A DNA stretch of 64,000 nucleotides, from positions 5,408,001 through 5,472,000 of the forward strand of contig OZ245365.1 in NCBI GenBank assembly GCA_965226495.1. Direction: 5' to 3'. Origin of the DNA: Candidatus Marinacidobacterales bacterium (lineage in GTDB: Bacteria; Acidobacteriota; Vicinamibacteria; Marinacidobacterales; DATDRI01). The notes under the pieces were generated by a model that did no database searches, was not told where the DNA came from, and worked only from the letters and a program-made list of their open reading frames with translations. Shown here piece after piece: positions 41,264 through 50,430 of the stretch; position 1 is the first letter of the stretch, and the number at the start of each line of letters is the position of its first letter. The position numbers and the translations under genes were made by a program.

Positions 41264-41518
41264 TTAACGAAGGCGGACTCTCTCTACCTGTACGTGCTCA
41301 CCTTCCTCGGTCACTCTGAATCGGGCGCTGATCGGAAAAAGGTTGGGAATGCGAAAAGCCGGTAACGGCCGAGAGGGGTCGCGCACGTACTCCTCGCCAT
41401 CTGGAATCAGCGCTCCCACGAAAAGGAGCTCCCTCCACTTGCGGCGCGGGATCTTGAACGAATCCGTCCCTCCTTCGATGTCCAGGAACGGCTTGTCGGG
41501 ACCGGTACGTCGTGCCAT
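41264..41518 (-). CDS. Small hypothetical protein
   Basis: 84-aa ORF MARRTGPDKPF... fills the gap between hisS and the RNA methyltransferase gene. Confidence 0.6.
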   Translation of the reverse strand: MARRTGPDKPFLDIEGGTDSFKIPRRKWRELLFVGALIPDGEEYVRDPSRPLPAFRIPNLFPISARFRVTEEGEHVQVERVRLR

Positions 41519-41536
41519 CAGAGCTATAGTGTACCA

Positions 41537-42259
41537 ATGGCTGTCGTCCGGATCGTCCTCGTTCGTCCCGAGCATTCGGCCAACATTGGTGCCGCCGCCC
41601 GGGCCATCGCCAATATGGGACTAGGGGGGTTGGATCTCGTCTCCCCACGCGATTGGCGCACCGTCGAAGCTTGGCGCATGGCCTGGCGGGCAGAGGATAC
41701 GCTAGAACAGGCCCGCGTCTTCGATTCGCTCGACGGAGCTCTCGCCGGGTCCGTTTACACCGCCGGCCTGACCGGGAGATCCGGCGGCCGCGTGGAACCG
41801 ATTCCGGTACGGGCCATGGCCGAGCAAATCGCCTCACTCCCCGACGAAGAGCAAGTGTCGCTGGTCTTCGGACCAGAATCGAAGGGCCTGGCCGAGCAAT
41901 ACCTGCTTCGTTGCCAAAGACGCGTGCGCATCCCCTCTCACCCCGATCAACCCTCTCTAAACCTGGCGCAAGCGGTAATGGTCACGGCCTACGAGGTCTT
42001 CGTGAGCGGCCCCGTATCGGGAGCCTCGGCATCCCATCATCCCGAGCGTGCGGAGCAAGGCGACGTGGAACACGCTTTTGGATTCTTGCGGGACGCCATG
42101 CTCGAAATCGGATTCCTCCCAGTGGAAAACCCGGAGGTTCGCTTCGTCGAGTGGCGTGAGCTTTTCGGCCGAGCTGGGGTTAGCGAACGCGAAGTGAAGC
42201 TCATCCTTGCGCTGGCACGCCGCATCCGCGGAGCACGCCGAGCCGCTAACAACTCTTGA
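41537..42259 (+). CDS. TrmJ/LasT-family SPOUT RNA methyltransferase
   Basis: IVLV.P..ANIGAAARA..NMG, VFGPESKGL, SLNLAQAV. Confidence 0.93.
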   Translation: MAVVRIVLVRPEHSANIGAAARAIANMGLGGLDLVSPRDWRTVEAWRMAWRAEDTLEQARVFDSLDGALAGSVYTAGLTGRSGGRVEPIPVRAMAEQIASLPDEEQVSLVFGPESKGLAEQYLLRCQRRVRIPSHPDQPSLNLAQAVMVTAYEVFVSGPVSGASASHHPERAEQGDVEHAFGFLRDAMLEIGFLPVENPEVRFVEWRELFGRAGVSEREVKLILALARRIRGARRAANNS

Positions 42260-42272
42260 GCTGTTGTTGGTG

Positions 42273-42557
42273 CTAAACGCACAGCAGAGTCGTCGTGTGG
42301 GTAACGCCCTTCAGCCCCCCGATGGTACCGGCAACCACGCCCGAAATATCTCCGAGCTCCCCGACCTCGAGGTAGACGACGATGTCAAAAGGGCCGGTAA
42401 CGGGATCGACTCCTTTTACACCAGCCATCTTTTCGAGCTCCCGCATGATGGCCGCCACCCGCCCGGGAAGCGTCTGAACTAGGACGAAGGCACGCACGGG
42501 CTTCGAGGAATGTTCGGAGCGGGCCTTCGAGGATGGCCGTCTCTGCGAACCGCTCAT
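42273..42557 (-). CDS. Lrp/AsnC ligand-binding domain protein (no HTH)
   Basis: VRAFVLVQT.PG, VTGPFDIVV, GVTHTTT; AGGAGG RBS. Confidence 0.85.
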   Translation of the reverse strand: MSGSQRRPSSKARSEHSSKPVRAFVLVQTLPGRVAAIMRELEKMAGVKGVDPVTGPFDIVVYLEVGELGDISGVVAGTIGGLKGVTHTTTLLCV

Positions 42558-42761
42558 AGTCTACCTCCTGGGGGTGGGCCTTGACTTTGACCCGAGCACC
42601 GTATCTGATAATATAGAGCTTGCGACGTCAAACCAAACTCGCTTCCGGCCCAGCTGCCAACCGAGCCGGAATTGCCAACCGCTACTGCGGAGGCCAAAAG
42701 TTCCATTAGTTCCATTGACCCCTAATGTCAGAAATTCTCCACGTGTACGTACGGTACAAGT

Positions 42762-43979
42762 ATGAACGGTCAGCAAGCGGCTGAATCCAGCACCGCCGGT
42801 TTACTCGAACTGGGCCCCCAGGGCGGCGGTCATTTGAGGGTGGCCCAGCATAATTTCCTGCCTCGGCCCGAGGACGTGCAGGTCTCCTCCCGTCTCATCC
42901 AGCAGTACGAGCTGAGGGAGGGCCAATTCTTGACCGGACCGACGGCACGACCGACGGCACGACCGACGGCCCGCGGAAAGTCGCCTCGTCGAGGCAACCG
43001 TCGGGGTGGCGGTGGCGGCGGTGGCGGCGGAGGCGGCGGAGGTGCCTCGTCGATGGAGCTCACGGCCGTCGAGACCATCAACGGACTCGCACTGGACGCG
43101 CTGCCACCGATTCGTAATTACCCCGATCTCGTGAGCGAGCACCCCTCTCAGGCCTTGAAGCTCTCTGACGGGGGTAAAGACGAACCTCTCTCGCTTCGGG
43201 TGATCGACTTGATGACGCCGATCGGCAGAGGGCAGCGCGGGCTCATCGTGGCCGCCCCCAAGACCGGTAAGACTATCTTGCTCGAACAGATCGGCAGCGC
43301 GATCGCGGAACGCCATCCGGATGTACACCTCATCGTCCTGCTTATCGACGAAAGACCGGAAGAAGTTACGCACATGCGGCGAACCGTCAACGGAGAAGTC
43401 ATCGCTTCATCCGCCGACAGTAACGCCGCTTCTCATATTCGGGTTGCCAAGCTCGTCCTGGAACGAGCTCGACGCCTGGTCGAGATGGACCGGGATGTGG
43501 TCATTCTGCTCGACTCGATTACCCGGCTGGGTCGTGCCGCCAACCGTCAACAGCGGGGCCGGGGGAAAACGATGTCCGGCGGAATCGACTCCCGGGCGCT
43601 TGAGTTCCCTCGACAGTTCTTCGGAGCAGCGCGTAATATTGAAAACGGCGGCAGCCTCACCATCTTGGGAACTGCCTTGGTCGATACCGGCAGCCAAATG
43701 GACGAGGTGATTTTTCAGGAGTTCAAGGGCACCGGCAATATGGAGCTGGTCCTCGATCGTCGGCTGGCCGAATCACGCGTCTTTCCTGCGATCGACATCT
43801 CGCGCTCCGGTACGCGCCGCGAGGAAATACTGCTCAGTGAAGAGGAGCTTCCGAAAGTCCACTTGCTGCGGCGGGCGCTAGCGGGTTTGAAACCGCCGGA
43901 GGCGATGAATCTACTCCTCACCCGCATGAAAAAGACGCCTTCCAACAAGGCGCTGCTCGACGGGATCAAAGTAGGCTAG
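42762..43979 (+). CDS. rho: Transcription termination factor Rho (short form with a Gly-rich insert)
   Basis: [70 protein letters not shown]. Confidence 0.96.
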   Translation: MNGQQAAESSTAGLLELGPQGGGHLRVAQHNFLPRPEDVQVSSRLIQQYELREGQFLTGPTARPTARPTARGKSPRRGNRRGGGGGGGGGGGGGASSMELTAVETINGLALDALPPIRNYPDLVSEHPSQALKLSDGGKDEPLSLRVIDLMTPIGRGQRGLIVAAPKTGKTILLEQIGSAIAERHPDVHLIVLLIDERPEEVTHMRRTVNGEVIASSADSNAASHIRVAKLVLERARRLVEMDRDVVILLDSITRLGRAANRQQRGRGKTMSGGIDSRALEFPRQFFGAARNIENGGSLTILGTALVDTGSQMDEVIFQEFKGTGNMELVLDRRLAESRVFPAIDISRSGTRREEILLSEEELPKVHLLRRALAGLKPPEAMNLLLTRMKKTPSNKALLDGIKVG

Positions 43980-44674
43980 TAAGACTGAAGCCGCAAGATC
44001 GCCTCGGGCGCGATCCCTTCATCGTCGTGCTTCGCGTACAGGTAGAGGTCTTCTACTTGTCCCAGGATGTCTCGAATCTGCTGATGCACCAGCTTGATTT
44101 CCTCGTCCGTGTACGGCGGTACTTTCCGCAACCGTACATAGCCGTGTGAGGCGGTTGGCTTAAAGTTCACCTCTTCGCCGATCTCAGCGTCGGCCACGCA
44201 CAGTGCCACACCGGCGTCGCGCAGCAGATCCTCCACCGCCGGCTCGTTCCAGGATTCGTGCCGGAACTCGATGGCGTATTTGTACCCGGAAGGAAGCTCC
44301 TTCAAGAAACTCTCCAAGCGATCGATCTCCGCCTTGAAGTAAGGCGGGAGCTGAAACAGGATGACGCCCAGCCGGGGCCCGAGCGGCGAGGCCGCTTTGA
44401 GGAAGTCCTCCACCGAGTCCCCTACGCTCTTGAGACGCGCCCCGTGCGTTACACTCTGATGCATCTTCAGCGAGAAAATAAACGACTCGGGAGTTTTCTC
44501 TGCCCAAGAGGTGAGAAGTTGGGTGGTGGGAAATCGCCGGAAGGTATGATTGATCTCGACGCTATTCAACCGCGAAGCGTAAAAGGCCAGGTATTCCTTG
44601 GCTGGCGTTTTGGGAGGATAGAACTTCCCAACCCACTCGCGAAAACTATACCCGGATGTGCCGGCATAGAGCAT
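43976..44674 (-). CDS. DUF72 (YecE) family protein
   Basis: GTSGYS..EW.G.FYP, VEINHTF, LFQLPP, EFRHESW, YVRLR. Confidence 0.93.
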   Translation of the reverse strand: MLYAGTSGYSFREWVGKFYPPKTPAKEYLAFYASRLNSVEINHTFRRFPTTQLLTSWAEKTPESFIFSLKMHQSVTHGARLKSVGDSVEDFLKAASPLGPRLGVILFQLPPYFKAEIDRLESFLKELPSGYKYAIEFRHESWNEPAVEDLLRDAGVALCVADAEIGEEVNFKPTASHGYVRLRKVPPYTDEEIKLVHQQIRDILGQVEDLYLYAKHDDEGIAPEAILRLQSY

Positions 44675-44709
44675 GCTTCCCACAATTTACTTCAGCCATC
44701 GCCCTTTTG

Positions 44710-45432
44710 TCAGCTATCACGACGCGTGCACAGAGCGAGAAAGTAACGTGGCTCCCCGGGAACGTCCGACAGCCGGGTCGGTGTGGGTCCATCGGCTTCG
44801 TCGTAGAGTCGGTCTGCCCACCCGCCCTTCAGCACCTTGGCCGAGCCACGAGTGATGGCGTAGACGGGTAGCCACAGCCAGAGACGGGAAACAAACCGCT
44901 GCCCCCATAGCTCCTTGATCTCGAACCGCTCGGCCAGTTCTTGCTCGAGCTCGGCGAGTCGAAATTCGTGCGCGTGGTGGGGGTTCGCCGGTCGACCGGT
45001 GAGCGGCCACCAAGGGGAGGCCACTTTGCGATTGGGTGTCGAGACGATGAACGTCCCCCGGTCGTCGAGCACGCGTGCTACTTCTCGAAGAAGAGCGCGC
45101 GGCTCCGCCACGTGCTCGAGGGTCTCGAAACAAACGACACTCCCGAAGGCTCCACTTTCGAAGGGAAGTGATTCGGCACGGGATCTGACGTAGTTGACCC
45201 TGGAGTGAGGATATCGTGTACGGGCAATCGATAGCGCGTCGCGAGATAGATCGACCCCAACGATCGAGCGGTCGCCCGTCTCCGCCAGAATGGTCGCGCC
45301 ATATCCGGTCCCGCAGGCAACATCCAACACCGGGTTACCCAACGATCGGCTCGACGCCGCGCGGTAGCGAGCCAAGTGCTCCGCCACGATGTGCTGCGGA
45401 GCCTCTCCTGGGAGAACACGCTCACAAGGCAT
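44710..45432 (-). CDS. Class I SAM-dependent methyltransferase
   Basis: ERVLP, EHLARY, VLDVACGTGYG, FETLEH, STPN, NPHH.HE; start uncertain. Confidence 0.9.
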   Translation of the reverse strand: MPCERVLPGEAPQHIVAEHLARYRAASSRSLGNPVLDVACGTGYGATILAETGDRSIVGVDLSRDALSIARTRYPHSRVNYVRSRAESLPFESGAFGSVVCFETLEHVAEPRALLREVARVLDDRGTFIVSTPNRKVASPWWPLTGRPANPHHAHEFRLAELEQELAERFEIKELWGQRFVSRLWLWLPVYAITRGSAKVLKGGWADRLYDEADGPTPTRLSDVPGEPRYFLALCTRRDS

Positions 45433-45681
45433 TATGCTATCAATGCGCGCGAACGTAGCCATGAGCCCATGCGGAGTCGCCAGTCGACGGAGCATGAGGC
45501 GTGGTAGGTAGATCGTGTCGGCCGCCAAAAGAGGTCGGTGCCACTAATCGACTTCGCCAGGCGGACACTCAGTTCCTGCTTGCCGTCAAATTGCGTGGTT
45601 GCTTTGACCGGAGCGAGCCAGACGGCGGTGGGGCCCCGCGCCACTCATGAAGGAGTGAGCGCGCATTGATACATGGGATGC

Positions 45682-46383
45682 CTAAACCTCCCGGACCCAA
45701 CGAAACCCGAAGTCGGAATAGTGAAGCAATGGCGGTAGGCTGCTTCGGGCGGCGCACCGCGTCACGACAATTTGGTGTCGCCAGGAACCGCCTCTCGCCG
45801 ACCGGCGAAGCGTGTTGCGTGCTGCGCACGGGTTTTCTTCCGGGGAGTCCAAGTAATAAGTTGAACGGTAGCCGTCGAGGCACCACTCGTGTACGTTGTC
45901 CGCCATGTTGAAAAGTCCATAACCGTTCGGCGGCGTGGTCGCCACGTCGTCGGGGCCCTCGAGCGGACCGCTAAGACGAGAATGTCCGCCGCCCGCGGGA
46001 TCGTTCCCCCACGGGAACCGAGCGCCATCGAGACCTCCGCGCGCCGCCTTTTCCCTTTCGGCTTCGGTGGGGAGTCGTATGTCGAGACCGGTTTTTTGCG
46101 AGAGCCACCGGCAATAGGCGACTGCTCCCAGCCAATTCACACCGACGACCGGTTGCCGGGCTCGTGAGAAGGCAGGGTCGTGCCACCACGGTGGCGGATC
46201 GATGCCGGTTGCGTCCAAGTAGAGCCCGTACTCCGCTCGAGTCACTGGGATGGGCGCGATTTCGAAGGCGGAGATGAAAACGCGGTGGCACGGCTCTTCG
46301 TCTCCTCGCAACCCTTGTGACCCCATCATGAAGGCTCCCTCGGGAACGAGGATTGCTTGCGCTACGGATTCGATGCGAGCCAC
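45682..46383 (-). CDS. FGE-sulfatase (SUMF1/EgtB/PvdO) domain protein
   Basis: FMMGS, PVVGVNW..A..YC.W, RLPTEAE.EKAARGG, NGYGL..M..NV.EW, RGGSW, GFR; GTG 46383 preferred over 46485. Confidence 0.9.
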   Translation of the reverse strand: MARIESVAQAILVPEGAFMMGSQGLRGDEEPCHRVFISAFEIAPIPVTRAEYGLYLDATGIDPPPWWHDPAFSRARQPVVGVNWLGAVAYCRWLSQKTGLDIRLPTEAEREKAARGGLDGARFPWGNDPAGGGHSRLSGPLEGPDDVATTPPNGYGLFNMADNVHEWCLDGYRSTYYLDSPEENPCAARNTLRRSARGGSWRHQIVVTRCAARSSLPPLLHYSDFGFRWVREV

Positions 46384-46532
46384 GGAAACAAGTTTAGAAG
46401 ATCCGGGATCCTCTGGTCGAGCCCCAAAAGCCGGTGGAGGTTCGCAACAACAGACACCGGGGTTCTCGAAGGAGGCAATTTTCACCTCCTTTTGATGGCT
46501 TGTATGTCTTGATGCCGGCGGGCTTCTGTCTT

Positions 46533-46970
46533 TTAGCTCTTGAAGAGATTATGGAACGCGGCTCGCGCGTCCTGAGTCGTGTCGGCACGCTTCCCGGTTG
46601 CATCCAGCACCTGTGCGGGTTTGTAAAGCGTGCAATCGTTGGCGGCCCCCTTGTCGGCGATACGCGCCTCGATCGGTTCCCGGCACTCAAACCGTGCCCC
46701 GGGATCGAAGTTTTTGCAATGGCGACAAGAACGGAGCGGCGTTTGACACTTCGTGCAAACCGTCTCTTTGTTAACGCTCAGTAACTCAGCAGGAACCTGA
46801 TTACCGCAGCGGCTACACCGAACGACCAGCGTAACGTTTCGGTCGACGGCGTGACGAAGCGAGCGCACCTGCTCCCGATTGCCCAAGTCGACTTGGGGTT
46901 CTCGGGGACGGGACTCCTTGCGCTCCCCTTCGTAGTCGTCGTCCCGGTAACCTCTCTGACGGTACTTCAT
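46533..46970 (-). CDS. Hypothetical Cys-rich (zinc-ribbon-like) protein
   Basis: CSRC, CTKC, CRHC, C..C; AAGGAG RBS. Confidence 0.8.
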   Translation of the reverse strand: MKYRQRGYRDDDYEGERKESRPREPQVDLGNREQVRSLRHAVDRNVTLVVRCSRCGNQVPAELLSVNKETVCTKCQTPLRSCRHCKNFDPGARFECREPIEARIADKGAANDCTLYKPAQVLDATGKRADTTQDARAAFHNLFKS

Positions 46971-47191
46971 CTAGCTCTCCTTAACCCCTCTCGAGACAAA
47001 GTTCTCGGATCCACACAATAGGGGATAGCTCTCCGCCCACTCCGGGGTACCTTCCATAGGCAGGGAAATGCAGGTTCCAAGAATAGGCAAACGCAGGAGC
47101 GTGGCCACCTTTTCCTGGGACAATAGAAGCATATCACGTTCCATAGAGGGGATCCAAATGTTCCCGGTCTAGAACGAGCGTCGGTCCCGGC

Positions 47192-48370
47192 TTAGCCGGA
47201 GGCGGCAAGCGCCTGCTCGATGTCTGCAGTCAAGTCGGCGGTGTCCTCGATGCCAAGGGCAAGCCGCACCAGACTGTCCCCAATCCCCGAGTGTTGGCGC
47301 TCCTGCGGGGAAAGCATCGCGTGGGACGTTAGGCATGGAATCGAAACCAGCGATTCCACGCCTCCCAAGCTGGGGGCAATGCGAAAAAGCTCCAAGGCAT
47401 TAACGAAACGTTTCGCGGTGTCGAGGTTGCCGTCGAGTTCGAAGCTGACGACCCCCCCACCTCCGCGCATCTGTCGCCGCGCCAGCTCGTATTGAGGATG
47501 GCTCTCGAGCATCGGGTAGAAGACGCGTCTCACGCGGGCATGACCTTCGAAGGCCTGTGCCACAGCCAGAGCCGAACGGTTGTGTTGCTCCATGCGCACC
47601 CCAAGGGTCTTAATACCCCTCAGCAAGAGATAAGCAGCATGAGGATCCATGATCCCTCCCAGAACCTTCAGGCACGACTTCACCTTCTTGATCACGTCAT
47701 GGGAAGCGGCAAGTCCGCCCCCCAAGAGGTCGGAGTGGCCGCCAAAATACTTAGTCGTGGAATGAAGGACTCCATCGATCCCGACGTCACAGGGCCGCGT
47801 ATTGAACGGAGTGGCGAATGTACTATCGACGAGGGTCTTCACACCTCGCGAGCGGGCGATCTCGGCGACGCCGGCAAGATCCAGCACTCTCAGAGATGGA
47901 TTCGTCGGTGACTCCAAGTACATGAGGCGCGTGTTATCGCGAAGGGCGCTTCGAAAACCGGCCGTATCGGTGCAATCCACCCAGCTAACGTCAACTCCTA
48001 ACCGAGGTAGAAACTCCCGCGCAAACCGAAACGTACCGCCATAGACTTCCCGCTGGAAGATGGCGTGATCACCCTTGCCAAGGAAAGACAGCAATGTCGT
48101 GGTGATGGCGCTCATGCCGGAGCCGAAAACCAACCCCGCCTCCGCGCCCTCCAGCCGGGCGAGCGTTCGCTCCACTACGGAAAGAGTAGGGTTCCCGTAG
48201 CGCGTATAGAACATGTCGCCATCAACTTCGTTGGTTATTTGCTCGTCCACGTCGGCGGCCTCGAACGTCGCCGAAAGGTAGATCGGCGACGTTACGGGTC
48301 GATTTGCTCTTTTCCCGTCGACTTCCGAGTGGATGGCACGGGTGGATAAGTGAAGCTCGCCTTTTTTCAT
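47192..48370 (-). CDS. PLP-dependent trans-sulfuration enzyme (cystathionine gamma-synthase/methionine gamma-lyase family)
   Basis: YTRYGNPT, SGMSAI, YGGT, ESPTNP, HSTTKYFGGHSD, SLGGVESL; ATGA overlap with mutM. Confidence 0.93.
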   Translation of the reverse strand: MKKGELHLSTRAIHSEVDGKRANRPVTSPIYLSATFEAADVDEQITNEVDGDMFYTRYGNPTLSVVERTLARLEGAEAGLVFGSGMSAITTTLLSFLGKGDHAIFQREVYGGTFRFAREFLPRLGVDVSWVDCTDTAGFRSALRDNTRLMYLESPTNPSLRVLDLAGVAEIARSRGVKTLVDSTFATPFNTRPCDVGIDGVLHSTTKYFGGHSDLLGGGLAASHDVIKKVKSCLKVLGGIMDPHAAYLLLRGIKTLGVRMEQHNRSALAVAQAFEGHARVRRVFYPMLESHPQYELARRQMRGGGGVVSFELDGNLDTAKRFVNALELFRIAPSLGGVESLVSIPCLTSHAMLSPQERQHSGIGDSLVRLALGIEDTADLTADIEQALAASG

Positions 48371-49224
48371 TTCTTTCTCCGTTTGGATGCGCTTCCGTCG
48401 CTCGCCCGGCTCGCCGACCTTCTCGGCTGGCAACGAGCGCAGTAATAAGTGGATCGGCCGGCCTGCACAATTTTCTTCACCGGGGCACCACAACGGGAGC
48501 AAGGTTCGCCGGCGTGGCCATAGATAAGGAAGTGATTCTCGGAATCCGCCTCGTGCAGATATTTCATTTCGTTGGATCTCTCACGCCGCACCGCCTGTTT
48601 GAGCGTTGTCCTGATGGAGTGGTGCAATCTGGAGCGCTCTTCGCCAGAGAGATGTCCCGCCATCCCCACCGGGTGGATACCCGCGTGAAAGAGGGCCTCT
48701 GCAGCTTGAATGTTCCCCAAGCCCGCAATCCGATGCTGATCCATCAGGAAGGTCTTGATCGGCAATCGTGCGGTGTCGAGAAGCTCGGAGAACCGCTTGA
48801 CCGTAAACCCCCGGTCGAGTGCGTCGATTCCGAGTCGAGCGAGGGTCTCACGCGCGGGCCGGTCCTCGATCTGAAATCGCCCGAAACGACGATAATCACT
48901 GAAAACCACACGGCGGCCCGAACCGACCTCGAGCACCACACAAGTCGCAGGTGGGTCCGGCTCCCGCCGAGCGCGGACAACGAACTTCCCGCTCATGCCC
49001 AAGTGAGCGACCGCCCCGCCCCGGTCCCCCAGATCCCAGATCAGATACTTTCCCCGACGATGGATGCCTCGGAGACGCGCGCCCGAGAACACGCGCTCGA
49101 CCCGCCGGACACTTTGACCTCGTAGCACGCGTCGATCCCTGACGCGAGCCCTCGTGATGACCCGGTTCCCGAGCCATCGCTCCAAGTTCTCTTTCGTGAT
49201 CTCGACTTCGGGAAGCTCAGGCAT
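48367..49224 (-). CDS. mutM: Formamidopyrimidine-DNA glycosylase
   Basis: PELPEVE, RRGKY, HLGMSG, D.RRFG, AGLGNI, CSRC..CARCQ. Confidence 0.95.
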   Translation of the reverse strand: MPELPEVEITKENLERWLGNRVITRARVRDRRVLRGQSVRRVERVFSGARLRGIHRRGKYLIWDLGDRGGAVAHLGMSGKFVVRARREPDPPATCVVLEVGSGRRVVFSDYRRFGRFQIEDRPARETLARLGIDALDRGFTVKRFSELLDTARLPIKTFLMDQHRIAGLGNIQAAEALFHAGIHPVGMAGHLSGEERSRLHHSIRTTLKQAVRRERSNEMKYLHEADSENHFLIYGHAGEPCSRCGAPVKKIVQAGRSTYYCARCQPRRSASRASDGSASKRRKK

Positions 49225-49741
49225 GCTCTCGTCTCAACCGCCGGGCCAACTGTCGCCAGTGGCGCAACATCTCCGGATACGTATAGTGGGCGTTTCGGCC
49301 GCTTGGGTTCGGAAGCACGAAGATCGCCGCACCCTCGATGAGTTCCTTTTGCAAACCGCAGCGAACCGGACCGCGTAGGCAGTGGAACTCGCGATAGACC
49401 GTCACCCCTACGAACCCCACCGAGGTGGGTCGGAAGCGGACCAATTTCCTCGCCAACTTGCGGCGTCCTTCTGAGAAATCATCCTTGCTCAGGTCACCGC
49501 TTCCGTGCGTCGGACGGTCGACGATGTTCGTCAACCCCACACCGCAATCGAGCAGAAGCGCATCCTCTTCATAGGAAAGTCGCCGGGGCGTGATCCCCGA
49601 ATCATGCAACAGATTCCAGAAGCGATTCCCCGGCCCCGCAAAATGATGGCCGAGCTTCGCGGAGCGAACCCCGGGGTTGATTCCCACCAAAACCACTTTG
49701 AGGCCTGGGCGGAGATAGTCGGGAAGCCCCTCGCACACCAT
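49217..49741 (-). CDS. mug: G/U mismatch-specific DNA glycosylase
   Basis: GINPG, GHHFAGPGNRFW, GLTNIV.RPT, LPNPSG.N. Confidence 0.93.
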   Translation of the reverse strand: MVCEGLPDYLRPGLKVVLVGINPGVRSAKLGHHFAGPGNRFWNLLHDSGITPRRLSYEEDALLLDCGVGLTNIVDRPTHGSGDLSKDDFSEGRRKLARKLVRFRPTSVGFVGVTVYREFHCLRGPVRCGLQKELIEGAAIFVLPNPSGRNAHYTYPEMLRHWRQLARRLRREHA

Positions 49742-49816
49742 GAAGAATCCCATTATATTCCCTGCAGAGAGAGACAGACCGGCGCTCCGGTCTACCACTG
49801 CATAGGAGGCGACACG

Positions 49817-50227
49817 ATGGCGAACAAGTGGCTGTTCAAGGAAGAGCCCACCCACTACAACTTCTCCGAGTTCCGCAAGGACGGAAAGACGGTCTGGGAG
49901 GGCGTCAAGAACCCCGTTGCCCAGAAGTACTTGAGGCAGGTCAAGAAGGGGGATCGGATCTTCTACTATCACACTGGCAAGGAAAAGGCGGTGGTAGGAA
50001 TAGCGCGAGCCACCTCCAACGCTTACCTGGACCCTAAGAAAAATGACGGCAAGACCGTGGTGGTCGACATGGCGCCGGTCAAGGCGCTCCCCGAGCCGGT
50101 CACTCTAGCGTCCGTCAAAGCCCTGGCCAAATTCAAGGGTTTCGCGCTGGTCAGGCTGCCTCGTCTATCGGTGATGCCCGTAACCGAGGGGCAGTGGAAG
50201 GCCATCGAGTCGATGGCCAAGAAATAA
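49817..50227 (+). CDS. EVE domain protein
   Basis: WLFKEEP, WEGVKN, GDRIFYYHTG, RLSVMPV; AGGAGG RBS. Confidence 0.94.
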   Translation: MANKWLFKEEPTHYNFSEFRKDGKTVWEGVKNPVAQKYLRQVKKGDRIFYYHTGKEKAVVGIARATSNAYLDPKKNDGKTVVVDMAPVKALPEPVTLASVKALAKFKGFALVRLPRLSVMPVTEGQWKAIESMAKK

Positions 50228-50239
50228 TCCATTCTTCAC

Positions 50240-50267
50240 GGAACTTTCTGTGCACCGCATCCGTATA
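50240..50267 (+). promoter_or_regulatory. ECF-sigma-type promoter upstream of the small Cys-rich gene
   Basis: GGAACTT-N15-CGTATA. Confidence 0.55.
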
Positions 50268-50291
50268 CCTATTTAAAAGAGGAGGTATAAA

Positions 50292-50426
50292 ATGCGTTGC
50301 CCCAGATGTCGTTCTCGTGTGAGGGGCGGCGGCTACACAGCCGTCGGAAAAACCTATTGCTGCAGAAATTGCGCGCGAAAGGCCTCGTGCCTGTGCCGCA
50401 ACAAAGAACACGCGAAAACTGCCTAA
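50292..50426 (+). CDS. Putative bacterial metallothionein-like peptide (44 aa)
   Basis: Manual translation MRCPRCRSRVRGGGYTAVGKTYCCRNCARKASCLCRNKEHAKTA*; RBS AAGAGGAGGT; below the ORF-track cutoff. Confidence 0.8.
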   Translation: MRCPRCRSRVRGGGYTAVGKTYCCRNCARKASCLCRNKEHAKTA

Positions 50427-50430
50427 GCGG

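Noticed and set aside
45682-46485. True formylglycine-generating enzyme with an N-terminal CCC motif
   Set aside because: The catalytic Cys pair after RGGS is missing, and the CCC probably lies upstream of the real start.
46971-47144. Short minus-strand ORF MERDMLLLS... upstream of the Cys-rich gene
   Set aside because: No recognisable motif, and it overlaps a likely extended -10 promoter (TGATATGCT).
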